A stretch of 63,853 nucleotides of DNA. Source: Oculina patagonica. Taxonomy: Eukaryota. Position numbers and translations under genes: made by a program. The DNA lies in NCBI RefSeq assembly GCF_052425735.1, contig NC_135768.1:9858001-9921853 (forward strand), read 5' to 3'. Positions 11,044 to 23,153 of this stretch are shown piece by piece (position 1 is the first letter of the stretch; each line of letters begins with the position of its first letter). The notes under the pieces are model-generated. The model did not search any database, was not told where the DNA came from, and was given only the letters and a program-made list of their open reading frames with translations.

Positions 11044-12750
11044 ATGAAGCTGGTTTTCATCGTCGCCGTCTTGGTCTTCTTATTGGATAATCCAATTGAA
11101 GGCAAGGTACGTAAGATATACTTTTTTATATCGTAGCATTGAATTAGTATAAGTGAATCGCCCTTTATTCCACAGTGCTATTAATTTTAGGTACTTTAAT
11201 TTGTGTATACAAAAGCTCTCGCTTGTAAATATCCAGTTTGTAGGAAACATGAGTGCGTATTTCTGGTATAAAACATTAACAATTTCAAACGGATAGATGA
11301 GTAGACATTTCAACTTTACCTCAAAATTAACACCGCAATATCTAGGATTAACATCGTCACAGACGCCCGTGCATATTGAAGAATTGACCATTTTTTTCGT
11401 TTTAATCTTTCTCAGCCGTTAGTATTACTCTCTCTTTTTTACCTGTTTATTTGTGGTATTTTCTTCCCTAGAAAACTATTATTTGCGGTTTCCTTTCGTC
11501 AAAAAAACGCGTGTACCTCCTTTACGGTATTGCCAGTTTTGAAAGGTCAAAACATACTTCAAAAATCATACACCACGTGGCCAATTTGAGTTTTGTAGGA
11601 ATAAAAATAAAAATATTGTTAAGAAATTCACTTCCCAAGAAGACTAAAACGTGGAAATTCTTCGTAACATGAGTTAAAAACGTCAAAAATACTGAACGGA
11701 TTGATGACCGTAAGCACACAACTGAAAGCTTCAAATCACAATTCAGTCCGCGCGCGCGATTTCACTAAAGCGCGACGTTTATTGTTAGTTCATATATACG
11801 CAAATAATTAGAAATCATTATTTGAAGTAAAATGAGTTAGAATTCTTTTAACACATAAATTATTCGCTATCAATTTCTATGAGGTGACAGTTCATTCACC
11901 CCCATAGAAACCTCGAACTCATTAACTAACTGTAAATTATAATAATACCAATAAAGCGAAAACGCGTCCTAAAAAGAACACTACTTGTCAAGCTGTAAGC
12001 GTCCCCAGATGTGGTTTGGTCACACTAATGACATGTTAAAAAAATTGGCTTTTTCCTTTTCACTATAAGAAAAAACTTTTTCTCTCCCTTTCCAACAGGT
12101 ACCAGATTTGCCTCCTTACTTGGTTCATTTAAAAACCTACCTTCAGAACCAAGAAGACATGTTTAACATGATCCAAGCCGACCTTACCGCCGCTGATCAA
12201 ACTTTGGCCAAGCTATCAGCCGACGTTCTAAGCCAGGGAATCCTGTTGCAGCGATTCCAAAAAAATCTTACAGTCACTTATCAACATCTAACTAAAACTT
12301 ATAGTAAGTTTATTGTACAGTTGAATTTTGTTCCTCGACTGGTTTAATTGGACAATTGGCACAATATCTCTTAAACACTCTTAAAAATGTACTCGTGTTT
12401 TTCTTGGGCAGAACGATGACTTATTGGGCCATAATGTAAACTACTGTTTTACCAGTAAATGTGTGTGTAGCCATAAAAGTTTCTCAGTTATTTACTTTGA
12501 ATCCATTAAGGATTCTTACCTTTTCACGGTGTTAATCAGCCCAGGAGATTATCAGAAAATAAATTCCATCTGAACTCTAATTGAGCAGAAGGGTGATTCT
12601 CTAGTTCTTTCTGCTTCTATTCGCTATCGCAAAAATAGAATCGTGGACGAAGAGCTCTTATTCTTGATGCTAAAAAAATGACCTCTTTAGCTAAACGTAT
12701 GTTTTCTTCGCACAGGCCTCATCACGGCGTGTTTAAAACACCATGAGTAA
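11044..12750 (+). CDS. Secreted coiled-coil protein, paralog A (100 aa, 3 exons), unknown family
   Basis: Exons 11044-11106, 12099-12303, 12716-12750, all GT..AG with matching phases (0, 1). Protein MKLVFIVAVLVFLLDNPIEGK VPDLPPYLVHLKTYLQNQEDMFNMIQADLTAADQTLAKLSADVLSQGILLQRFQKNLTVTYQHLTKTY SLITACLKHHE*. AATAAA at 12871. Same structure in two paralogs. Confidence 0.85.
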
Positions 12751-13371
12751 TGATGGAGGCAAAACAGGAATTCTGCTATACAACAGGCATCCCAACAAAG
12801 CAGTGTTAGCCGGGGTATTTAAGCGTAGTAATACGCACGCAAAAGGCTATGTATGGTATATGTGAAATCCAATAAAGGAAATTACAAAAAAATACTGTTT
12901 CTGTTTTTATTAATTCATAGTTTTTAACGGCTTCAATTTGTATACAAATTATGCTTTATAGTCATGAATCTCATCATAAAAAGTGACTGTGTACCAGACC
13001 AGATCTTTTAAAATAAAAACAAAATAAAATTTAATAACTGACCCTCTTTACCATGTTCACATCCCTTTAATTGGCAGTCAAGCCTTTCTTTTCTTTTTCT
13101 TTAAGACACCTCTGCTCTGGTCAGAGCCAGAAAAGAGAAACAGTTCTCCCTTCACTGTAACTTTTAAGTATTTTCCATCTGAAGTTTGCTGTATGTTTTT
13201 CGCAAAGGAATTTCCGTCAGTTCTGCCTCTTATACACCAGTTTAGATGTACTTTTCACTAAGCGCATAAACAGATCTCTCGAATGGACGTAAAAGGGACC
13301 TACGTCACTGACAACACATTTTGAAAAAAATGGCGAAGTTTTTTAAAATTGTCGTTCAAAATTTGTCACAC

Positions 13372-13800
13372 ACCCGTTATCACGTTATCTACAAAGGCAA
13401 GTGTAATTGTGGACTAACATGCATTGGCGAAACAGCACGCAACCTAGAGGTTCGTGTTTATTAACATTCAGATATTAATAAGCAGTCAGAGCCAGCCAAA
13501 GACATCCGAAACACCCTAACCACAAGTTCACGTAAAAAGTTTTAACCACTGCCCGTTCTTGGTTAAAAGGAGAATAAAAGAAGCGTTCTACATTGCACGC
13601 TTCAGACCAGAACTAAACAAACAAGTGCAATCACTGGACCTCACCTTGTTCCCCATGGGAAAAGGTATTACATAACTGGTGGTGTCTGAACTTTTAGAAC
13701 ACTGAGCGTATGCAGATTTTTTCACTCTGGTGATGATCGAACAGATCAAAAACGTTTAGTACCAATTTTAACAGCTTTTTACCTTAAGTTTTATTTTTAG
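13372..13800 (+). mobile_element. Penelope-like GIY-YIG endonuclease remnant
   Basis: Translates as VIYKGKCNCGLTCIGETARNLEVR ... KEAFYIARFRPELNKQV, with stops and frameshifts. Confidence 0.8.
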
Positions 13801-13849
13801 AATAGGGTGTTTCGATAAACAAGTAAGTACTTAGCGATTTGAGCAGACA

Positions 13850-14650
13850 CATCAGTGTGAGTAAGCTGGGCTTGTTTGATTGCTGATTTCAAAATCTAGA
13901 CAACACGTTCAGCCTGAGCATTAGTGGATGGCTTGCAGCTACTGAAGTATGATGTACAATTTTATTGTTGACACAAAACTTTTCAAATTCTCTCGAGGTG
14001 AACTGGGAACCATTGTCAGAAACAAGAATTTCAGGCAATCCGTGCCTGCTAAATATGTCACGCAATGCAGTGATAGTTGTTCCAGCAGTAATATTTGTCA
14101 TTTTGACCACCTCTGGAAATTTGCTGTATGCATCAACAACAACCGGACCTGAGACCGGTCCTGCAAAGTTCACATGAATGCGAGACCAAGCCCGTGCTGG
14201 AAAACTCCATGGATGGATTTGAGCAGTAGGAGGTGCAGATCTCATAGTTTGACAAGTACTGCATGAAGAAACAGTTCTTTCAATGTGAGCATCAATATTG
14301 GGCCACCATACACATGACCTTGATAGTGCTTTCATTCTGGAAATTCCAGGATGTGTTTCATGAAGTTCATGCAATACTTTCTCTTGAAGGGAAGCTGGTA
14401 CAACAACCCGAGTGCCCTACAACACACAGCCTTGTTGGGTTGTCAGTTCATCTCGTTTATTCATGAAGGCACCAATGTGGGATCTACTTCACTTGGCCAT
14501 CCACTGATGACAAAACTGTACACTCTGGATAAGATGGGGTCAACCTGGGTTTCTCTTTTGATCATCTGGCTGGTCACATTGGTTACAACTTTAGGTCCTA
14601 AGAAGAAGCACTCGATCCACAACACATTACAGGGACTGTGTGAAGGCTAA
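13850..14650 (-). mobile_element. Gypsy/Ty3 LTR retrotransposon pol (integrase) fragment
   Basis: ORF 13889-14374: LHETHPGISRMKAL...WWPNID...CSTC (HHCC zinc domain), WSRIHVNFAGP, VVDAYSKFPEV, ILVSDNGSQF; degraded flanks. Confidence 0.92.
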
Positions 14651-15024
14651 GTTAATTTTATGATATTAAATTTTGTAAAATATTCGCTACGAAACTAAAT
14701 GTTTGCAAAGAAATTAATTCTATAATTCTAAATGGCAAAACCATAACTTCATTGCAGCCAAATGTGTCTTCCGGGCGTTATAATTTAAAGATACAAAAAA
14801 AGATTAACTTTGAAAGCTGTTTCACCGGACAATATTTCAAAAACCCATATGGCAATCCGTTTCAATCTTCGACACTTTTGGCCATCCGTACATTCTTTCG
14901 CATTTGGTGTGTTATTTAAATATTTCTTCATTGTTATAAGAGGTTATTTGATATATTCAAACGAATTTGATGTTCATTTTGTATGCCTAAGTTTGGCTAA
15001 AATCAGTGAAACGGTCCCTTTAAG

Positions 15025-15442
15025 GCCCGGGGGGGGGGGGTAATCAAAAAAGTTTTATACGAGGAGGCTCCGCCCCAAGTTCTAACCCCTTACCCTTTTA
15101 TATACCATTTTTGACAGAAATTGTACCCCTTTCGTATACCTTTAACTGAAAAAAGGTACCCCTTTCATATACCTTAGAGACATGGCGTGGACTTAAAATA
15201 GGACGTTTTCTTGTCATTTTTATGTATCGCTTAAAAAATTAAAATAATACAGCCATAAATTGCGTCTGTTCGAAATATTTTAATTAAAGGCCCTTTTAAA
15301 TAGCCAAATGACAGATTTCCATACCCTTTCATATACCTAAACTCGTGAAATCCCTACCCTTTTATATACCTGAAGCCTGAAAAAGGTACCCCTTTCGGGC
15401 GAAGCTTCCCTGTAAAGGCCATTATAGGGAGTACCCCCCGGG
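15025..15442. mobile_element. MITE with CCCGGGGG...CCCCCCGGG termini
   Basis: Inverted G/C-rich ends and internally repeated aaaggtacccctttc / tacccttttatatacc motifs. Confidence 0.55.
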
Positions 15443-16820
15443 CTTTAAGGGCCTCATTTCCCAACTGGAGTGTACTTTTTTCGACGTTTTTGCTTGTTTA
15501 CAAGCGAAAGTAGGAGAATAGCAGTTATGTTGGGCAAAATTTGGAACATTCTTGTTAACTCTCAAGGGACTTTATTAATTTCTCAAGGGACTGTTTTAAT
15601 TTCTCAAGGGATTACTTTCCGCTGTGGGTGATCACTTGCGATCTCGTGGAAAAAACGTGACTTGTCACATTTACAAACATTATATAACAATTTTAAAAGT
15701 GACATGTCAGCTTTCTTATCTCAACGCACGTGTGTCTGAAAGGCGATCTATAAAAAGCGTCGCACAAACAATGGATTGCGTAACCAACGCTAAAACACGA
15801 ATAAATAATCACTAGCACTTACATCGTTTAAAAATTACAAACGTCAAAAATAAACCATACCAAAAAACTCGCTCTTTTCAAAGATATTATTGAAGTTAAA
15901 ACAAATGCAAGAGATGGGGGCTTCTTTTAGCTTAGGAACGGTTAAAAATTAGGCCAAATTTGGTCGCTACAAGCGCCATTCTATTTCGTCATCAGCCTAG
16001 GTCGTTAGGGACGTGACCTCGCGTTGACAGCAATGTTGCATGAATCGGCTTTACAACATGCGATCGTATCTACGCAGTTCGAGTGGAATTTCAGCTGTTT
16101 CAGTCAAAGACAGCAAAATTCTTTCGTATTTCATCTTCAAATATAATTCGAAAGCATTCACTGTATCTATGGCTTTTGTTTAATCCTTCTTTAGCCCACG
16201 AAGAAGCTGTCTTGATATCCGACCCTCGCAGAGCCTAGACAAAACGCAGCTTGAGTGTATCGATTTGTTTACGCCGCAATTATATGCGCAATGTTTTCTC
16301 CGACAGTAGTCGGAAATATCCGTATTTTTTTCGTGCTTTTTCGTGGAGCAATCGTAACGATACGGCCTTGAACACATTGAACAGCGGTCTACCTATAACA
16401 ATTCAAATATGGCGTCGCAAAAACAAAGCGTCGAACGCACATTTTGCTGTTTCATTTGCTAATTTCGCTGCCGTAATCGACTGCCTCGAAAGGTCCTTGC
16501 AATTTTAAAGTATAGAATTGTCAGATCTCGGTGAAATTTGCACTGTTTATTTGTGTAATGTTGAGGAATATGTGTATAAATACCCGGCAAGGACGAGCCA
16601 TTTTTGACAAAATTATATGGCTGCATTTCCTCCGCGAAGATAGGAAATTGTTAAACTAAACTACAAAGCAACTGTAATGATAAGTTCGAAGAACAATGCA
16701 CAGGATAAACCTTCGACTCATACTTCATGCAAAAACGTCGGTATCTCGAAGAGACTTTGATTATTCCTTATCACTGGTAATGTTTTTTTTATTTGGTTGC
16801 CATCAGATCTTACTGAAATA

Positions 16821-16997
16821 CAGTTGAACCCCCGTAACTCGAACACACTGAAGGGAAACGAAAAACAGATCGAGTTAGCGGGGTTTTCGAGTTAACCGAG
16901 TAAAAACGACTCAAAAGTGGGTCCAAGGAAAAAGGGAGTTAGTTCGAGTTAGCGGGGTTTTCGAGTTATCCGAGTTCGAGTTACCAGGGTGCTACTG
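16821..16997. mobile_element. Tc1/mariner-type MITE, TA TSD
   Basis: TA-CAGT...ACTG-TA with taactcgaac/gttcgagtta subterminal repeats; absent at the paralogous site upstream of gene A (~10500). Confidence 0.8.
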
Positions 16998-17532
16998 TAT
17001 ATACTAAAAATACTAAATTATCCAATTGTGTAAATCAGCATAAAGGACAAGCAATAGTAAAGAAAAAATGAAAAACAAATTAGGCAAGGAACTGGAAAGA
17101 AAATCAGCATTTTTAAAGTTATTAAATGTTTAACGACGTCATCAAAATAAATAAACATAACTCTTTCTCAAACAACTGCGCCTGATCATATATTACATAC
17201 TTAAAAACAAATCAGTACATTATTGAAGAGTAAGGTTATTTTAAGAAACCTTGCGAAAAATGATTTTCAAAGTACTTTGAATTCTACGTGTCGTTTGTCA
17301 GGTTTAAGACCGAAACTAATATTGTTATTAATAATTTGATATTCAACTTGACAAAGCTGTCTCAATATTAGTTCGCCATAACTTTTAGCTTTCACTCAAA
17401 CCTCCGTTATCACACACTTAAGTTTCCCACGGCGAAATAACAATACAACGGCTTTGCTGTGTGACTGCGTCGGTCGGAGGTTCTACTCTGCGAAGTTCGA
17501 TTGAGAATTTTTTTCTTCTCTGTTTGGATATC

Positions 17533-20181
17533 ATGAAGCTTGTTTTTATCATCGCCGTCTTTGTCTTCTTTTTGGAGAATCCATCTGAAGCCAAAGTACG
17601 TAAGATATATATATTTGTTATATCGTTTATATCGTAGCATTGAAATACAGTGGAACCCCGATATAACGATCTTCGATATAACGATATTCCCGATATAACG
17701 ATGAATATGTTATGTCCCGGCAATAGTAAAATGTATGGGACGGAACCCCGATATAACGATTCCTCGATATAACGATATAATTTTACTGCCCCCTTGGCAT
17801 ATCGTTATATCGGGGTTCCACTGTAGTATAGGTAAATCGGAATTTATGCTACAATACCTTTAATTCTAGATAAGTTAGTTCTCCCGCTTGCAAATCTCCA
17901 ATTTGTAGGAAACACGAGTCAGTATTTTGGGTTTAAAAATTACCGACTTCGAACAGATGGATTAGTAAATATTTCAACTTTACGATAAAATTAGCATCGC
18001 AATATCTAGGGTTAACAACGTCACAGACGCAGGTGCATATTGAAGAAATTGACCATTTTTTCGTTTTAATCTTTATCATCCATTAGTATCTTCCTTTGTT
18101 TTTTTTTTTCATTTTAATTTGTTTTCTTTTCTTTCCTAAAAAACTATTATTTTGCGGTTTCCTTCGTCAAAAAAAAAACACGTGTACCTCTTTTACGGTA
18201 ATGACAGTTTTGAAGTTGAAATAATACTCAAACACCCTGCGGCTAATTTCAGTTTTATAGGAATAAAAATAAAAACATTGTCAATAAATTCACTTCCCAA
18301 GAAGAGTTAAATGGGAAAATTGAATGAATTGACGAGCGAAAGTCCACTACTCGCGCGCGCGATTTCACTAAAGCGTAAAGTTTATTGCTAGTCCATTTGT
18401 ACAAAAACAATTTAGAAATCATCATTTGAAGAAAAATGAGTTAAAATTCTACTAAAACAATTAGATTATTCGCTCTCAATTTCTATGAGGTGAAAGTTGA
18501 TAAGGCCGAAGGATGAATCAACTATAACCCCATAGAAATCTCGAGCCTATAATCTAATTGTAAATTATTATTAATTTTTATTTATTACAATACTAACATC
18601 ACTTACAACAGTTACAATACTAACGTTACTTTCAATACTGGCGTTACTTACAATATTAACGTTATTTAAAATACTAACTTTACTATCAACACTAACTTGC
18701 CTCACAATACGAACATTTCTTACAGTACTAACATTACCTACAATAATTTATCTAAATAGCTTACAGTTTCAATTATATTAATATTACTTAATGATTTGAA
18801 ATACAACCAAAAATATAAATCTTTGTATATCGAAATATTTTACAAGTCATCTAAAGTATAATTGAAAAATTTGTTGAGCAGTGCAAAAAAATAAATGAAA
18901 TGTGCAAGATGAGTATAGGAAAAAGAACGATAGCTTCGACGTCTTGGGTGTTGGGAAATATGTGAAGGGTTAGTGCGATTTTTTCCTCTAAGTTAAATAA
19001 ATTAATTTGAGCTTAAGATGGGGAATAAGGGATCCTATTTCTTCAGATTAGATTTGGGTTTATGGGCTTCAATATTAAATTGTGATTACAGAATTACAAG
19101 AAATTGTTTATTATGATAATACCAATAACGCGTGAACGAGTCTTATAAAGAACAGTACATGTACTTTTAAGCATCCCCAGATGTAGTTTGGTCACACGAA
19201 TGACAAAAAAATTGTTTTTACTCTTTAGTATAAGAAAAAAGGATATAGCGAGTTTCGCCCACAACAAGAATGGTTTTGCCCAGAAGTAAAACGTCTAGAA
19301 TCTAACTCAAAAAACGTCAACCTAAACGTGCGTAACAGAATAAAGGTTTTGAAAAAAAAGTGACTTGACCTGAGACCATGAAATGTTGAAACGAACAAGA
19401 TGATCACTTTCACTGTTGAAACGAACAAGTTATCAATTTCACGAACAATGGAGCACAAAAATACTGCAGAGACATTGAACGTTTATCGAAAAAGCATAGC
19501 TATGATTTGGTTTTTTTTATCTGCAGCACTTATTTTCTCGAGAAGGTCGCGTTTGTTTTGAGTTGGAGCAAATTAAACGCTGTTGAAAACACTTGCGCGT
19601 GGAACACACCATCGTTGCAAATCTTTTGTACACGAAAGATAAGTTTCGCATGCCAAATTACGAATATGAATTCGCGAATACTAAAAAAAGGCATCGAGAG
19701 TTTTTAAAGATTGTATTTCTGACATAGGTAATGGCAACATATATTTTGAAATGAGATTAAAACAAGATTGTAACTCGTTATGGGCGAAACCCGCGGCTTT
19801 CAGAAAAAAACTTTTTCTCTCTTTTCAGGTACCAGATTTGCCTGATGATTTGGTTCATTTACAAACCTACCTTCAGAATCAGGACGACTCGTTAAAAACC
19901 ATCCAAGGCCAACTTCACGCCACTAATCAAAATTTGGCCAAGTTATATGCCGACGTTACAGCCCAGGGAGTTATGTTGCAGCAATTGCATCAAAGCCTCA
20001 CTGTCACTCACACACAGCTAACTTATACTTTTGGTAAGTTTGTTGTATATTTGAATTCTTGTACCTGGACGAAGAGCTCTCGTCCTTGATACTAAAAAAT
20101 TGACCTTTTTACCTAAATGTACAAATACGTTTTCTTTGCACAGGCCTCATTACAAAGTGTTTAAAATACCATGAAGAATGA
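17533..20181 (+). CDS. Secreted coiled-coil protein, paralog B (101 aa, 3 exons)
   Basis: Exons 17533-17595, 19829-20033, 20144-20181. MKLVFIIAVFVFFLENPSEAK VPDLPDDLVHLQTYLQNQDDSLKTIQGQLHATNQNLAKLYADVTAQGVMLQQLHQSLTVTHTQLTYTF GLITKCLKYHEE*. GT..AG introns with the same phases as A. Confidence 0.85.
17648..17823. mobile_element. Tc1/mariner-type MITE (CAGTGGAACCCCGATATAACGA TIR), TA TSD
   Basis: Perfect TIRs, TA on both sides, empty site in paralog A intron 1; same family as 48852-49012. Confidence 0.88.
18570..19110 (-). mobile_element. Degenerate AT-rich insertion (probable LINE 3' tail) with ~21-bp tandem tacaatactaac repeats
   Basis: Absent from paralog A intron 1; tandem repeats at about 18585-18750. 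Confidence 0.45.
19241..19801. mobile_element. Non-autonomous DNA element (MULE-like) in paralog B intron 1
   Basis: Imperfect TIRs gcgagtttcgcccacaac / gttatgggcgaaacccgc, AGAAAAAA duplicated on both sides, empty site in paralog A. Confidence 0.6.
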
Positions 20182-22124
20182 TGGAGGAAACACAAGAATC
20201 CTTCTATACAGCATGCATCCCAACACAGCAGTGTTAGCCGGGGGGATTTAAGCCTAGTAATACGCACGCAAAAGACTATGTATGGTATATATGAAATATA
20301 ATAAAGAACATGACAAAACAATACTGTTTCCTTATTAATTCATAGCTGTTAGCTACTACAATTTGTATACAAATTATATCATGTTTTGTAGTTATAAATT
20401 TCGTCATAAAAATTGACTTTGTACCAGATCTTTTTGAATAAATACAAAATTAAATTAAATAACTGACCCAATTCACCATGTTCAAGTTGCTTCAATTGGC
20501 ATTCAAGCTTACTGATCCTTTATACACCTTTGCTTTGATCAGAGTTTGAACAAAAAAAACCTGTTCTCCCTTCACTGGGACTCCAAGTATTTTCCATCTG
20601 AAGTTTGTTGTATGTTTTTCTCAGATAAATTGTCAGTTCTGCCTCTTATGTACCAGTGAAAAAGTGCTTTTCGCTTAACGGATAAACAGATCTCTCGAAT
20701 GAACATTTAAAGGAGCTACATCACGGACAACACATTTTGTCCCAACACAACACAATTGTCGCTCAAAATTTGTGTTAATCTTTGTCAGTCGGAACCTTTC
20801 TAGTTTTTTTTTTCGCCTTTTTAGTACTCCTTTGTTGTTTTCTATGTAAGAAAACTATTACTTCGAGGTTTCTTTCAATTTAAAAAGAATCAGAAAAATG
20901 ACTAAATATACAGTGCTATTGTAACGAATGCCAAAATTTAAACCCCGACTGAATTTTTGATAATTGTGTTACTCAAAGAGTAATATGGGTGAGCAATCCT
21001 AAGGAAAAAAACTTCACTGGGAACTTGCAAATAACTTATTTGGAAAGAAAATTTGCATGTCTCTTACACAAGAGCACGAATAACCGTAGCCTTATCAACT
21101 TTAAAACAGAAAATTTAAAAGAATATATGCACATCTATAGGCCATACCATACTAAATATAATATTTAACATCATAACAGATAATTTAAAAGAATATATGC
21201 ACATCTATAGGCCCTACAATATCAAATAAAACATGCATATAACAAGAAAGTTTGTAATTGTGCGATTAGCTAAAACGATCTAACACCCATGTGTGTGAGG
21301 CTCCCATTTTACAAACAAAGATATTCAGGCTTACGTGTATTTGATAAATACCAGGTTGATACTTTTTATTTAGTTATCTTGTAAGCAGCACAAATTTTCC
21401 TACGTTCTTTTCGCTGAAGACTTATAATTAATGCTATGAAGTTTACGTCCTTTTTTCAACCAGCAGTTTAAATTAAATTCGAAAAGTAGCAGCGAAAATC
21501 ACCAAATCAAACTTAATCTTTTTTTTTTTATACTAACGTGAATTTTTCAATCGGACATTATCATTTATCATTTATTCAGTAGCAAGAAAATAAATTAACG
21601 ACATGTTCAAAACACAGGTCCTTTACCATTTCTTAATAAAAGGTTCATTTCCTGTTGTGCCTAACCCTCTTATACATTCTATAAAAAATGAAAGCATAAA
21701 GAATTTTTCAAAAGTAAAGTAATTTTAAGGAACCTTAGGTTCCTTAAAATTACGAAAGGCTATCCTAATATAAAGACTGATTACTTTGAATACTATATTT
21801 TACAATTCTAAAGTTTGTTTTCTTATTATGTGGAGTCGTTAATCAACTGTTGATTCTGAACGTTGTTGATTCTGAACGTTGTCGCTCCTTGTGTTCAATA
21901 GATTGCTTTCATATTTTACATCACGCCTCTACTAGCTTTTAACTTAAGATAAAGGAGGCTATCCATATTCAAAACGAACTACCTTGCCTCAACCAGCAAT
22001 TACACCATGTAAATCTAAAATTATCCTTCTAATTCACACATTTTTTACGTTCTGTTGTTACTACTTGTCTTAATTAGCATTTTTTTGTCTACTTATTATT
22101 CAACTCTCTGTGCTTTGTAAACCA

Positions 22125-22167
22125 TTCAACTGAAGATGACAGATGCTCTGTCGAAACATGTCTTTAA
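22125..22167 (+). ncRNA. Minimal type I hammerhead ribozyme motif (Penelope terminal-repeat type)
   Basis: uucaa CUGAAGA u gacaga ugc ucuguc GAAA caug UC uuuaa: intact core, 6-bp helix II, palindromic helix III loop, GUC cleavage triplet. Confidence 0.7.
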
Positions 22168-23153
22168 AACTTAAAAAAATTGTCGTTTTTCTTAAAATCT
22201 TTACTTGTCTGCTGTTCTCAAGACCTTTTAAAACCAATATCATTTTTAATCTTTCACTAAACTGATCTTTAAAACCTTCAAAAGTTGTTTAAATATCATT
22301 TCGCGTGAACGTTAAAGAAAAGTTCAATTTATTTCAAAACGTGCATTTCTTCATGTGCTTCTTTCCAGTTGTTTGTTTTCTACAGGTGGAGTCGTTGTTT
22401 ATCTTTTGATCATACAATCAATATTTCACTAGTGTTCAACTGATCTCTTAGACGTTCAAAAACTGTCTAAATACGATTTCGTGCAAACGTCAGCTCAATA
22501 GAAAAGGTCAATTTATTTCAAAACGTGGTTCTTTTCATGTAAAACTGATTTATGGAGGTAAAGTAACTTAAAGCGAGGCCAAATTTTGCATGATAAACGA
22601 TATTAAGTGTAAACCTATGAAGTAAGCTATTACAAAGAAAGATAAAAAATTTAGAAAAAAATAATTAAATTAGAAGCAACTACTTTAAAAAAAAAATTAA
22701 TATGCAAATTGTAACAGCTATTTAGTGTAAAACAATGAATTAATAAATACTGCTTAAAAACAATAACAGCTTAAAGTTAAAATTCATACAATTGAATCTT
22801 AGATATAAGAAGAGTTGAAAATGAAAAAAATGTAAAGTAGTTTAAGGTACTATTCACTTAAAATAATGTAAAAACTACTTTGAATACTACGTATTCTCAG
22901 TTCAAATCTATGTTTTTCCAGGTGGAGTCATTTTTATTCCAAAACGAACTTTATGTTTAATCTTTCACTTAACTGATGTCTTAAACGTTCGAAAGCTGTC
23001 TACATAGTATTTTGCAAAAACGTGCAGTACTCATTCAGCAGTCAGTTTAATTTCCCACGTCAAAATATAGCACAACTTTGTTGTTTAGCCTCGTCATTAG
23101 GTGTTCTTACACTGGCAAGTTCGTTTGAGTCAAATTCTTTTTGTTGAGAAATC

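Noticed and set aside
13722-13760. Hammerhead-like motif at the end of the Penelope remnant
   Set aside because: Both core boxes are mutated (CUGGUGA, AAAA); almost certainly inactive.
19751-20089. Single-exon ORFs at 12108, 19751 and 25649 as complete genes
   Set aside because: They are the middle exons of 3-exon genes; their listed starts and ends fall within exons or introns.
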